From: Candidatus Poribacteria bacterium | GTDB lineage: Bacteria > Poribacteria > WGA-4E > WGA-3G | Length of the DNA stretch: 64,000 nt | Assembly: GCA_965205015.1 (NCBI GenBank) | Contig: OZ242029.1 | Span: 384,001 to 448,000 of the forward strand | Direction: 5' to 3' | Shown here: positions 40,209-49,871 of the stretch, one piece after another | How the letters are laid out: every line of letters starts with the position of its first letter | Numbering within the stretch: the first letter of the stretch is position 1 | Translations under genes and position numbers: made by a program | Notes under the pieces: model-generated | What the model saw: the letters and a program-made list of their open reading frames with translations, nothing else | What the model was told of the DNA's origin: nothing | Database searches by the model: none

Positions 40209-41195
40209 ATGCGAGAAAAGGGTCTACTTGTTTTATGTATGCTAAATGTAGTCGCATTGTGCGCAGGCGTTTGTCCCGTTTTCGCTAAGGCACCCAACAC
40301 AGCAAAAATAGTGTATTCCTCAACCCGCGACGGGAATTGGGAAATCTATACTATGAACACAGACGGCAGTCAGCAAGTGAGATTAACACAAAATTTTGCA
40401 GAGGATTTTACCCCTGTTTGGTCACCTACTGGCGAGGAGATACTTTTTCTATCGGATCGGGACGGAGTTCCTGACCTATACCTGATGGATGCCGATGGGA
40501 AAAATGTTCGACGGGTGTTTAAGAAATCTGCACGTAGAGAACACCCGACCTGGTCACCCGACGGCAAGCAGATTGCTTATGTCCGCAAGTGGTTTATCTA
40601 TATCGCTACACTTGGGAAACAAGAAGAACACCAATTGGTAAACGGCTTCGATCCGACATGGTCACCCGATGGTACCGAGATAGCCTTTGCGAGAGGGGCT
40701 TTCGGAAGCCATCGGTTGACCCTCGTCAACGTTCGGACGGGAAGGCAAAAGCAGGTACTCCCAGAGAATACACTGTCATGGCAGCATTTGCCAGCGTGGT
40801 CTGTGACAGGCGAGCAAATTGCCTTTTCTTGGTTGAATCACGTTCTGCCGAACGGTAAACTTTTTGACCTTGTTGATAAAGAGACCATCTATATTGTGAA
40901 TCGCGACGGTACTGGACTTGCACAAATTGTCTCTGAAGCGGGCAAAGCAGCGATGGATCCCGTTTGGGATCCACGAGGTAATAGCGTTGTTTATGAGCAA
41001 GAAATTGACAATTATTTCCAACTTTTTAAAATTAATCTGGCGAGTCGTGTCCGAACACAACTTACACATATTGCAGTAGGTCCCGGTCGGGGGAATGCAG
41101 ACGCAGACTGGTTTGATCCTATTGTTGCCTTGTCCGTTTCACCGCAACCACAATTGCTAACAACGACGTGGGGAAAAGTAAAGAGAGAAAACTGA
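40209..41195 (+). CDS. Secreted TolB/PD40-repeat propeller with TWG tail
   Basis: P.WSPDG repeats, SDRDG..DLYLM; ends VSPQPQLLTTTWGKVKREN. Confidence 0.88.
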   Translation: MREKGLLVLCMLNVVALCAGVCPVFAKAPNTAKIVYSSTRDGNWEIYTMNTDGSQQVRLTQNFAEDFTPVWSPTGEEILFLSDRDGVPDLYLMDADGKNVRRVFKKSARREHPTWSPDGKQIAYVRKWFIYIATLGKQEEHQLVNGFDPTWSPDGTEIAFARGAFGSHRLTLVNVRTGRQKQVLPENTLSWQHLPAWSVTGEQIAFSWLNHVLPNGKLFDLVDKETIYIVNRDGTGLAQIVSEAGKAAMDPVWDPRGNSVVYEQEIDNYFQLFKINLASRVRTQLTHIAVGPGRGNADADWFDPIVALSVSPQPQLLTTTWGKVKREN

Positions 41196-41220
41196 AGTTG
41201 ATCTTTTAAGGGAGTCGATA

Positions 41221-42180
41221 ATGCGAAAAAAACATCTGTTTGTTTTATGTGTCCTAAGTATCGTCATGTTATGCGCAAACGTTTGTTCGGTCTTTGCCAA
41301 AGCACCCGACACACCGAAAATCGTCTTTACTGGGTGGCGCGGCGACAATCGGGACATCTATCTGATGAATCCGGATGGAAGTGAGCAGGTCAACATTACC
41401 AATCACCGCGCAGATGATGTCTCTCCCATCTGGTCTCCGACAGGCGAACACATCCTTTTCGCCTCTGATCGAGATGGTCCCCGCGACCTGTATTTGATGA
41501 ATCCTGATGGTTCCAATGTGCGGCGCGTTTTTGGGAAATCGGCAACGAGGGGAGGACCGGCCTGGGGTCCCGATGAAAAACAGATCGCCTATGATCACGG
41601 ACCCCCTGGGAACAGGTTCATCTACACCGGAACAATAGACGGTAAGAAAGAAGAACGCATGGCAATTGGAGCACGTCCAACCTGGTCTCCCGACGGCACG
41701 GCAATCGTCTTTACCAGCGGCGCCTTGGGCGAACCGTGGCGCTTCAGTTTACTCAACGTCAAAACGAAAAGGCTAACGTTCTTCCCTTTCCCCAAGGAAC
41801 CCATGTTTGTTCGGGGTCCCGCATGGTCCCCAAGTGGCGACAAACTCGCCTTCTCCTGGCACATTGATGGCTTCAGAGAAGAGGCAATCTACATTGTGAA
41901 CCGAGATGGGACAGATCCGCAAGAAATCGTGGGCGACATTACAACGAGGGCTTCTGATCCGACCTGGTCCCCCGATGGTACCGCACTCCTTTATACACAA
42001 CTTGTTAACAAGAATTTACACATCTTCAAAGTCGCATTGGACGGTGGGAAGCCGGTCCAACTCACCCACGACGGATGGAATTATATGGGCGGTTGGTTTG
42101 ATCCGGCGTATGCCTTGCCCGTCTCACCACAACCACAATTGCTAACAACCCAATGGGGAAACGTAAAGAAAGGAAACTAA
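41221..42180 (+). CDS. Secreted TolB/PD40-repeat propeller with TWG-type tail
   Basis: PD40 repeats; ends VSPQPQLLTTQWGNVKKGN. Confidence 0.88.
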   Translation: MRKKHLFVLCVLSIVMLCANVCSVFAKAPDTPKIVFTGWRGDNRDIYLMNPDGSEQVNITNHRADDVSPIWSPTGEHILFASDRDGPRDLYLMNPDGSNVRRVFGKSATRGGPAWGPDEKQIAYDHGPPGNRFIYTGTIDGKKEERMAIGARPTWSPDGTAIVFTSGALGEPWRFSLLNVKTKRLTFFPFPKEPMFVRGPAWSPSGDKLAFSWHIDGFREEAIYIVNRDGTDPQEIVGDITTRASDPTWSPDGTALLYTQLVNKNLHIFKVALDGGKPVQLTHDGWNYMGGWFDPAYALPVSPQPQLLTTQWGNVKKGN

Positions 42181-42205
42181 AGCAGGATTTTTGGAGAAAT
42201 ATATA

Positions 42206-43183
42206 ATGCGAACTCAGTATCTATTTGTTCTATCTGTGCTAAGTGCGGTTCTGTCATGCGTAAGCGTCTGTCCAGTTCTTGCCAAAGCACCCAATACGGC
42301 AAAAATTGCATTCGCGTCATCTCGTGATGGAAATCGTGAAATCTATCTGATGAATCCGGATGGAAGTGAGCAGGTTAATATCACCAATCATCGCGCAAAC
42401 GATATTTATGCAGTTTGGTCGCCAACAGGTGAACACATTCTTTTCGTCTCTGATCGTGAGCAGAAGGAGAAGGGATGGGGGAATTGGGATTTGTATCTCA
42501 TGGAACCAGATGGCTCTAATGTACAAAAGGTGTTTGACAAATGGAAGATACGAGCAAATCCCACATGGTCTCCCGATGGCAAACGATTTGCCTACAGTTA
42601 TGGAGAAATTGGAAACAATTTGCTCTATATTGGCACAATCGATGGAAAAGAGGAAGAGCGTGTGGCGATTGGTTACTCACCGGCATGGTCTCCAGATGGC
42701 ACGCAAATCATCTTTCGCAGCGGTGCCTTGGACAAACCGAGACGTTTCAGTCTACTCCATGTCAAAACGAAAAGACAAACATTCTTCCCTTTCCCCAAGG
42801 AACCAAAATGGGTTCGGGGTCCCGCATGGTCCCCAAGTGGCGATAAACTCGCTTTCTCCTGGCACATTGATGGCTTCAGGGAAGAGGCAATCTACATTGT
42901 GAATCGCGATGGCACAGATCCCCAAGAGATCGTGGGGGCTCTTACAACACGGGCTGGCAGCCCGATCTGGTCTCCAGATGGCACAGAACTCCTATATACA
43001 CAATTTGTTAACAAGAATTTACACATCTTCAAAGTCGCCTTGGACGGCGGGAAACCGGTCCAACTCACCCACGAAGGATGGAATTATAGGGGTAGTTGGT
43101 TTGATCCGGCGTATGCCTTGCCCGTCTCACCACAACCACAGTTGCTAACGACGACGTGGGGAGACGTGAAAAAAGGAAACTGA
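42206..43183 (+). CDS. Secreted TolB/PD40-repeat propeller with TWG tail
   Basis: PD40 repeats; ends VSPQPQLLTTTWGDVKKGN. Confidence 0.88.
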   Translation: MRTQYLFVLSVLSAVLSCVSVCPVLAKAPNTAKIAFASSRDGNREIYLMNPDGSEQVNITNHRANDIYAVWSPTGEHILFVSDREQKEKGWGNWDLYLMEPDGSNVQKVFDKWKIRANPTWSPDGKRFAYSYGEIGNNLLYIGTIDGKEEERVAIGYSPAWSPDGTQIIFRSGALDKPRRFSLLHVKTKRQTFFPFPKEPKWVRGPAWSPSGDKLAFSWHIDGFREEAIYIVNRDGTDPQEIVGALTTRAGSPIWSPDGTELLYTQFVNKNLHIFKVALDGGKPVQLTHEGWNYRGSWFDPAYALPVSPQPQLLTTTWGDVKKGN

Positions 43184-43196
43184 CATAAGTCTCCAG

Positions 43197-44678
43197 TCAG
43201 CCTGATGGGATCAACTTCCGCAACGTCTGAATCAGTGTGCTTTCTGAGAACCATTTACCTGCCACACGCCACACACTGCTTGAAAACGTCGGGTACACAT
43301 GGATCATCCCGCTCAATTTCCGCAACGGAATTCCTTCTTGCATCGCCAGGATATACTCGTGAATGACCTCACCGGCGTTTGCACCGACGAGATGAACCCC
43401 TAATATCTTTCCAGTCCACCGACTCGCGATGACTTTGCTGAAACCGTGTGTCTCGCCTTCCGCGACGGCTCTGTCAACATCCCCTTGGTCCAGTGTGAAC
43501 ACATCAACGTCCCCATACTTCTCGCGCGCTTCCGCTTCTGTTAATCCGCAACGCGCAACTTCAGGATCACAGAAGGTTGTCCACGGTACGACGGCATAGT
43601 TAATCGTTTGAGAGAGCGGGAAGAAGATATTTCGGAGGAGCAGCTGCGCCTGAAACGCCGCAACGTGCGTGAATAGATAATGTCCGATCACATCGCCTGC
43701 AGCATAGATATTTTTCACGCTTGTTTGAAGTTTACTGTTCACCTCAATCCCACGTGTGCCGATCTGCACTCCGATTTTGTCAAGTGCTAAACCCTCAACG
43801 TTCGGTGCGCGTCCCGCGGCAATCAAAATGTTATCAAAAGACTGCACTACAGTTCCATTTTCACTATCGCTAAACGCGACAGTTGTGCCTTCCTGATTTT
43901 TCACAACGCCTGCGATACCCGTATTCAGTCGGATCGTGATCCCTTCCTCGCGGAGGTAACGCAGCATCTGTTCAGAAACATCGGCATCCTCTTTCGTCAG
44001 AATGCGTTCACTCCGTTGCGCTATCGTCACATCCGCACCGAGGCGATGAAACGCTTGTCCGAGTTCAATACCGATTGGACCCGCACCTACAACGAGCAGC
44101 CGGTTCGGGAACGCTTCAAGATCCCAGACGTTTTCACTGTCAAGATAGCCACAAGATTCTAAACCCGGTATAGGCGGGGCAACGGGACGGGACCCCGTGC
44201 TAATCACGAATTTCTTGCTTTTGAGGGTGCGGGTCTGACCGCTTTCAGTATCCTCCACAACAAAACTCTCAGCGGACTCAAAATGCCCGTTGCCGAAGAT
44301 AACATCAACCCCCATCTCACGGAATCGCTCAGGGTTGTCGTGTTCCTCCTCTATGGCATGTTGGGTACTTCTCACATACGCCATCACACGTTGCCAATCA
44401 GGCGGTGTCGAGGTGCCTGCAATGCCGTATTTCTCAGCGTCTTTGACGTAATTCGCGACCTTCGCTGCCTTCAGGAGTGCTTTGGAAGGCACGCATCCCG
44501 TCCAGAGGCAGTCACCCCCGATACGGTGTTTCTCCACGAGCGCGGTCTTTTTACCCAATTTTGCGCCCGCCACCGCAAGCACGAGTCCGGCACTTCCGCC
44601 GCCGATAATTGTTACATCATTCTTTAATTTTTCCTTGCGGAGTAATTGCGTAGGTTTCATGCTTGAATTGCCTTCCAT
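43197..44678 (-). CDS. Class-I pyridine nucleotide-disulfide oxidoreductase (mercuric reductase/lipoamide dehydrogenase-like)
   Basis: IIGGGSAG, GGDCLWTGCVPSK, GAGPIG.E, HVYPT; lacks the C-terminal Cys pair of MerA. Confidence 0.88.
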   Translation of the reverse strand: MEGNSSMKPTQLLRKEKLKNDVTIIGGGSAGLVLAVAGAKLGKKTALVEKHRIGGDCLWTGCVPSKALLKAAKVANYVKDAEKYGIAGTSTPPDWQRVMAYVRSTQHAIEEEHDNPERFREMGVDVIFGNGHFESAESFVVEDTESGQTRTLKSKKFVISTGSRPVAPPIPGLESCGYLDSENVWDLEAFPNRLLVVGAGPIGIELGQAFHRLGADVTIAQRSERILTKEDADVSEQMLRYLREEGITIRLNTGIAGVVKNQEGTTVAFSDSENGTVVQSFDNILIAAGRAPNVEGLALDKIGVQIGTRGIEVNSKLQTSVKNIYAAGDVIGHYLFTHVAAFQAQLLLRNIFFPLSQTINYAVVPWTTFCDPEVARCGLTEAEAREKYGDVDVFTLDQGDVDRAVAEGETHGFSKVIASRWTGKILGVHLVGANAGEVIHEYILAMQEGIPLRKLSGMIHVYPTFSSSVWRVAGKWFSESTLIQTLRKLIPSG

Positions 44679-44690
44679 CTATTCGCCCTC
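44625..44690 (-). repeat. Gene-start repeat, 3' half, supplying the N-terminus of the oxidoreductase
   Basis: Reverse complement GGAAGGCAATTCAAGCATGAAACCTACGCAATTACTCCGCAAGGAAAAATTAAA resembles 60617-60670. Confidence 0.75.
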
Positions 44691-44787
44691 CAAATGTAAA
44701 GCAAAGACAAATTATGCCATTTAAGGCATAATTTCATTACGGGCTAGGGTTTCGCAGGAATGCCCAGACTAACAGTCTATGCTACGC

Positions 44788-46335
44788 CTAGCGGCGGTGG
44801 CGCAGAACTCTACCGGGGAGCTGCCCCGTCACGTCCCCATTTTCAACAACCGAAACGCCGTTGACGAACACATAGTTTACACCGACGGGAGATTGCACCG
44901 GATCGAACCACGTAGACCTATCTGCGACAGTCGCCGGATCGAAGACGACGATATCCGCCGCAAGTCCTCGATCAATTCTGCCGCGATCGGAGAGTCGAAA
45001 ACGCTCCGCTGGAAAACCGCTCATTTTATAGACGGCTTCTTTCAACGAAATCAACCGGCGTTCGCGAACGAATTTGCCCAGATATTGCACGAAGCATCCG
45101 TAACTCCGTGGATGTGGATGCGGAATGTTGTAGACACCGTCGCTGGCAATCATCATGCGCGGATGGCTCGCAGTACGGTTCAAAATGCGTTCGTTTTCTT
45201 CGGGCGGGGTTGCCCACGGCATCACAAAGGTTTCAATCGCGGCTTCTTCTTGAATGAAATCGAAGGCGAACGCTTCCTGCGACTTCCCTTCGCTTGCAGC
45301 AGCTTCGGCGAGCGTCATCCCGATAAATCTACCCGACCGGTTGTAACCCACGATCTGGTTGCCGTCGCGCAATTCACCGCGCAGATATGCGATCGATTTT
45401 TCTCGGACTTCGGGGTCCTGTAGATGTGCCAACATATCAACGGGTGCGCCGGTCTGATATTCCATCGGGAGCATCATGGCGAGATGCGTCATACCGGCAG
45501 GATAGAGATAGGACTCAAACGTCAAATCTATCTGTTCCCTCTCTACCCGTTCAAGCACGTCCGCGGCTTCATCGTCAACGCGCTCGTGCGAAATATGCAC
45601 AGGAATTTCGGCACGTTGCGCAATCTCGATCGTCTCCTCCCACGCCTGTTTTCTGCCGAGAATGCGGTAGCGGATGTGCGCAGCGTAGATGGCATCATAA
45701 GCCGCCGCAATTTTTGAGAGATACACCAGTTCGTGCAAATCGGCATTCGCGGAGGGTTGATAGTCGAGTCCCAAGCAGAGACAACACGCACCCGCCTCCA
45801 ACCATTCACGCGTTGTGCGTTCCATCACTTTCAACGCATCGGCAGTTGCTGGGCGCGGATCCCATCCCATCGCACCGAGGCGAACCGCACAATGCGGCAC
45901 CTGTGGATAGAGGTTCGCCGGGATTCGTCCTTCAAATATGCTGAGATATTCATCTGGTGTTTGCCAATTGAGTGGGACCTCCGCATCGCCATAAGCAAAT
46001 TGCGTGTAGTGCCACATCTCTTGTGCCTGTTCTGGTGATAAAGGTGCCCATCCGAAACCATCCGGCGCGGCTAAATGCGTCGTCACACCTTGACTGACAG
46101 CGGCGAACTGGTCTCGACCGCCGAGCAGAGCGATTTCAGAATGCACGTGCACATCGACGAAACCCGGGCAGACAACCTGTCGCTCCGCAGAAATTCGACG
46201 CGGTGTCTCCGCTTCCGAGAGGTCCCCGATGGCGGCAATCCGGTCACCCTGAATGCCGACGTCCGCGATAAAGGGGTCCCGCTTACCCGTTCCGTCAACG
46301 ATGTTCCCGCCTGCAATAATTGTATCAAATCTCAT
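44788..46335 (-). CDS. N-acyl-D-amino-acid deacylase (amidohydrolase family)
   Basis: PGFVDVHVH, VHISH, IASDG, HPRSYG, ADIVVFDP. Confidence 0.88.
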   Translation of the reverse strand: MRFDTIIAGGNIVDGTGKRDPFIADVGIQGDRIAAIGDLSEAETPRRISAERQVVCPGFVDVHVHSEIALLGGRDQFAAVSQGVTTHLAAPDGFGWAPLSPEQAQEMWHYTQFAYGDAEVPLNWQTPDEYLSIFEGRIPANLYPQVPHCAVRLGAMGWDPRPATADALKVMERTTREWLEAGACCLCLGLDYQPSANADLHELVYLSKIAAAYDAIYAAHIRYRILGRKQAWEETIEIAQRAEIPVHISHERVDDEAADVLERVEREQIDLTFESYLYPAGMTHLAMMLPMEYQTGAPVDMLAHLQDPEVREKSIAYLRGELRDGNQIVGYNRSGRFIGMTLAEAAASEGKSQEAFAFDFIQEEAAIETFVMPWATPPEENERILNRTASHPRMMIASDGVYNIPHPHPRSYGCFVQYLGKFVRERRLISLKEAVYKMSGFPAERFRLSDRGRIDRGLAADIVVFDPATVADRSTWFDPVQSPVGVNYVFVNGVSVVENGDVTGQLPGRVLRHRR

Positions 46336-46340
46336 TTTTT

Positions 46341-46442
46341 AAATTTTCCTTGCGGTTCGGTCAGGTCGGTTCTATGTTTGAAGTGCCTTTTCGTTTATCC
46401 ACCTGCGCCGTTGTTGCAGGTTTCGTTTTCGTGTTAATTTTC
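46341..46442 (-). repeat. Gene-start repeat, full copy bounded by GAAAATT
   Basis: Reverse complement aligns over about 95 nt with 60565-60668 and ends 5 nt before the ATG at 46335. Confidence 0.8.
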
Positions 46443-46537
46443 AAACTGAAAAGACTCGCTTTCTTATCTATCCTAAGGGTACTTCTCCATTATTGCCACA
46501 ATCTATCACGAAAAAAGAGATATGTCAACACAGACAC

Positions 46538-47884
46538 CAGGGGTATTTAGTTTTAAGTTTTGTCACTGTATGAGTTTAACTGCGAGTTTAGGTTTTGCAG
46601 CGAAAAATCGCAGTGTTTCCGCAATTTTTGTGTGTCCGTCAAAGCGTAAGAGAGCCAGGGCAGTGTTGCGTAGGGCAGCCATGACTTGTGGGAGTCTCCC
46701 TGTTCTTGCTTGTGAAGCGTCCTCCCCGAGGACGACATCTCGCACCCAATGGACTTTGTTTTCTATCGTCCAGTGTTGGCGTCGGAGTTTGAGCAAAGTT
46801 TCTGCGGATGCGTCTTGTGGTGTAAGACTCGTGATGCCATACTGCGTCTGGTAGGTAGTCTCGCCTGTTTTGGTATTCTCCCGCTTGGATTGGTATTGAT
46901 ACACTTGTGCGAGTCCTGGCCAGTTGATATAATCCGTCAAGAGTGTGCTTGCTGTTAGCGTGCGTGTGGTGATAAACCCGTGTGATGTTTCAACGTCTGT
47001 GTGGGTATCAAGGTGTGCGTCTGCCTCGGTGTGTAGGTTCTGAAACCGTCGTGCTTGGACGTGTGGTGTGTCTGTCTCCGAAAGCGGTTCAAAGAGTTCG
47101 CGAATGTCGTGATACATCTGTTTGTGATTCTCTTTGACGGGCATTGCATAGTTTGCGTGATATTTGAGAACCTCTTTACAAAAGGTTCTTTGGGTCAAAA
47201 GTGCATCTGTTGTTATGACTTTCCCGGTGACATCAAAGGTTTTCAGAAGTTGCGTTGAGATGGGGATCTCATTTGTTTTTCCACTGACAGCCCGCTGTGT
47301 AAGGGTAATCCCTAACTCATGAGAGACAGCGGAGAGTAAATGTGTGCGGTATCGGGTTTCTGGGTCTTTGGAGCCACATAACTCTTTGCCATCTATCGCC
47401 ACCCCTTGTAAATCCTGTGTTTTCAAAACTTGAAGACTTTCAAGTTTTGAAAACACCCATTTCGTGAGTAAGGCTTCGAGACTCACGACGTCAAGACGCT
47501 TCAAAAGATTATGAAGCGTTCCAGCACACGGGGTCTTCTCTGATTTGAAACCTAACGCTTTTGCCAGGGCCCCTTGATGCCGTGCCCAAGTCGCTATAGA
47601 CGTATACCCTTTATGATTCGACATTACACCGATGACGAGCAGCGCAAGGATAGACCCCAAGTTGTAGCGTTTCCCTTTTTTATGGCGTGGATCCGGAACT
47701 TCTGCTAATATGTCAAGTAAGTGGCAAGAGGAACTTCTTGTCATGATTCACCTCAAAAAATGTGATGGTTTTTTACGGTGAAGTATAGCAGATACAGCGG
47801 GAAAAGTCACGCTGTATCTGTTTATTTTATAATATTAACAGATGTGAAAAATATTACGAAAAAACCGAAAACTGAATACCCCTG
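46538..47884 (-). mobile_element. ISAs1-family insertion sequence
   Basis: 17-bp terminal IRs CAGGGGTATT(T/C)AGTTTT with one mismatch; 10-bp target duplication ACACAGACAC at 46528-46537 and 47885-47894. Confidence 0.95.
46563..47744 (-). CDS. ISAs1-family transposase
   Basis: VPDPR, AIDGK, KTNEIP, ITTDAL, VKENH, RQHWTIENKVHWVRDV..ED. Confidence 0.95.
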   Translation of the reverse strand: MTRSSSCHLLDILAEVPDPRHKKGKRYNLGSILALLVIGVMSNHKGYTSIATWARHQGALAKALGFKSEKTPCAGTLHNLLKRLDVVSLEALLTKWVFSKLESLQVLKTQDLQGVAIDGKELCGSKDPETRYRTHLLSAVSHELGITLTQRAVSGKTNEIPISTQLLKTFDVTGKVITTDALLTQRTFCKEVLKYHANYAMPVKENHKQMYHDIRELFEPLSETDTPHVQARRFQNLHTEADAHLDTHTDVETSHGFITTRTLTASTLLTDYINWPGLAQVYQYQSKRENTKTGETTYQTQYGITSLTPQDASAETLLKLRRQHWTIENKVHWVRDVVLGEDASQARTGRLPQVMAALRNTALALLRFDGHTKIAETLRFFAAKPKLAVKLIQ

Positions 47885-47953
47885 ACACAGACACCTAAGG
47901 AATAAGAGGCGGGAATCGGAGTTCCCCTCCTACAGAAGCGTCCTAATTTTCCT

Positions 47954-47982
47954 TTGACAAAAAAACCGAGGACGGATATAAT
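47954..47982 (+). promoter_or_regulatory. Sigma-70 promoter
   Basis: TTGACA-17 nt-TATAAT. Confidence 0.75.
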
Positions 47983-48048
47983 GTGAATTGATATTTATAG
48001 CAAATTCATCAACTGGGACCATCCCACCCCAAGATAGGAGAAGAATCC

Positions 48049-48543
48049 GTGCGTCAAGCCCATACTTTCATCAAGACCCTTCTCACAACGCCATATCCCA
48101 CATTCGGGATAGTTCTACTGTCGCTGACGCTTGTCGTGAGCGGTTGTAGTGAAACCGATTCCGGCGGAAGTGGACTCACCGATGTAGGACGGGCCGAACC
48201 GATGATTGTAGATTCTGTCTTGGCACTTGCTGTCTTCGAAGACAGACCCGACGGTATCACGACCACCTTTTCCGCTGAGTTCAACGACCAAGTATTTTTG
48301 TGGATTCTGTGGGCTAACATTACAGAACACCACACCGTTAAAGTCTCATGGTTCTCACCGGAAGACGGTATCGAAGATCCGGCTTTCTGGACAGAGACGC
48401 AAACCCTCACATCAACAACCGGCGATAAAATCACGTGGTTTTACATCGACTTGCCAGAACCAGACATTACAGGCGAGTGGTTCGTTGAAATCCACTTAGA
48501 CGAAGATCTTTTTGAACGGAGTCATATTTTCTGGGTGGAATAA
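48049..48543 (+). CDS. Hypothetical lipoprotein
   Basis: AGGAG RBS, VSGC lipobox. Confidence 0.75.
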   Translation: MRQAHTFIKTLLTTPYPTFGIVLLSLTLVVSGCSETDSGGSGLTDVGRAEPMIVDSVLALAVFEDRPDGITTTFSAEFNDQVFLWILWANITEHHTVKVSWFSPEDGIEDPAFWTETQTLTSTTGDKITWFYIDLPEPDITGEWFVEIHLDEDLFERSHIFWVE

Positions 48544-48585
48544 CAAAGGCGATTCCCGACTCACACCCCTGGGAGGAGAAAAGCC

Positions 48586-49671
48586 ATGGATAAACTCAAA
48601 ATCGCGCATATCGGTACTGGCAGACGCGGTGCCGGAACCTACCTTCCCCTTATCTCGAAATTGACGGATGACCTTGAACTCGTCGCCGTTTGTGATCCAC
48701 GCCAAGAGAGCGTTACGGAACAGGGCGAGAAATACAGTGTCCCCGCCTACACGAATACCGAGCAGATGTTGGAAACAGTGAAACCTGACATCTGCGCGAT
48801 TGTAATTACACCGAGCAACAATCACATTCCAGGACTCCTCTGCTCCGAGCGTGGGATTAGCTACTGCACCGAAACACCGATTGACACCGATCTCGGGTGG
48901 GCAGACAAGATGATCGCGTCTGCACAGGCGAACGGTACAAAACTGGAAGTCAATGAAAATTACTACCGCGTCCCTTCGGAACGGATAAAACGGGAGATGA
49001 TTCTCGCGGGGGTTTTCGGGAAAGTCAACGCCGCCTATAACGACTTTCGAGGACACGGTTATCACGGTATCGGGCTCATCCGTAGTTACGTCGGTTTCGA
49101 CAATGAACCCGTTCAAGTTTACGGCTTCCGAAAAGGATACGACGTCCAGGATCACGTCTGGCGGCAGGGACAACCGAAGCGCGATACCGAGGACTGGCAA
49201 CACGCCGTTATCGAATTCGCAGATGGTGCCGTCGGCATCTTCAATTTCAGTAGCCTCTCCTACGGCTCGCCACTGCGCGGTTTTAACGGGTCAAAGTTCT
49301 ACGCAGAACGCGGGATGTGTTTTCGAGACACCGCCGTTATCTTAACCGAACCCGCCGATGAACAGCGCGCGATTAACATCTCACGCAGAACCAATACCGT
49401 CGATGGCTTCGAAACCTTAGTCGCTCTTGTGGCGGATACGGATCCCGAAGTGGTGTGGGAAAATCCGTTGCACAATTATCCACTCAGCGACGGTGAAATC
49501 ACTGTTGCATCCGAGTTGATGAGTCTCGTAAACGCAGTTCGTAACGACACAGAACCTGAATACGGTGCTTACAACGGTCGCAAGGATCGGGAGATCGATG
49601 TCGCCATGGCACGTTCATGGGCAAACAACGGCGCGCCTGTCACTTTCCCCTTTGAATACGAGGCACGCTAA
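48586..49671 (+). CDS. Gfo/Idh/MocA-family oxidoreductase
   Basis: KIAHIGTG, LVAVCD, ETP, ENY. Confidence 0.85.
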   Translation: MDKLKIAHIGTGRRGAGTYLPLISKLTDDLELVAVCDPRQESVTEQGEKYSVPAYTNTEQMLETVKPDICAIVITPSNNHIPGLLCSERGISYCTETPIDTDLGWADKMIASAQANGTKLEVNENYYRVPSERIKREMILAGVFGKVNAAYNDFRGHGYHGIGLIRSYVGFDNEPVQVYGFRKGYDVQDHVWRQGQPKRDTEDWQHAVIEFADGAVGIFNFSSLSYGSPLRGFNGSKFYAERGMCFRDTAVILTEPADEQRAINISRRTNTVDGFETLVALVADTDPEVVWENPLHNYPLSDGEITVASELMSLVNAVRNDTEPEYGAYNGRKDREIDVAMARSWANNGAPVTFPFEYEAR

Positions 49672-49871
49672 GGGAAACACCCAAGCAAAAACACACCGTT
49701 GTTAGAGAATTTGCCTTGCCGTCTGCTGAGAAATCTTGTATACTTTAATAATTAAATCTGAACTATGATTTTTACGATTCTCAGACTTACCATGATTATT
49801 GGAGGTCCGACCATTCTATCATCTATCGTGGTAAATCACATAAATCACAAACCTTGGAGGAACCTCCCATT

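Noticed and set aside
43197-44678. merA call
   Set aside because: No C-terminal Cys-Cys, no N-terminal metal-binding domain and no mer operon.
44779-45944. Long plus-strand ORFs of 214 and 185 aa
   Set aside because: Antisense shadows of the deacylase gene.
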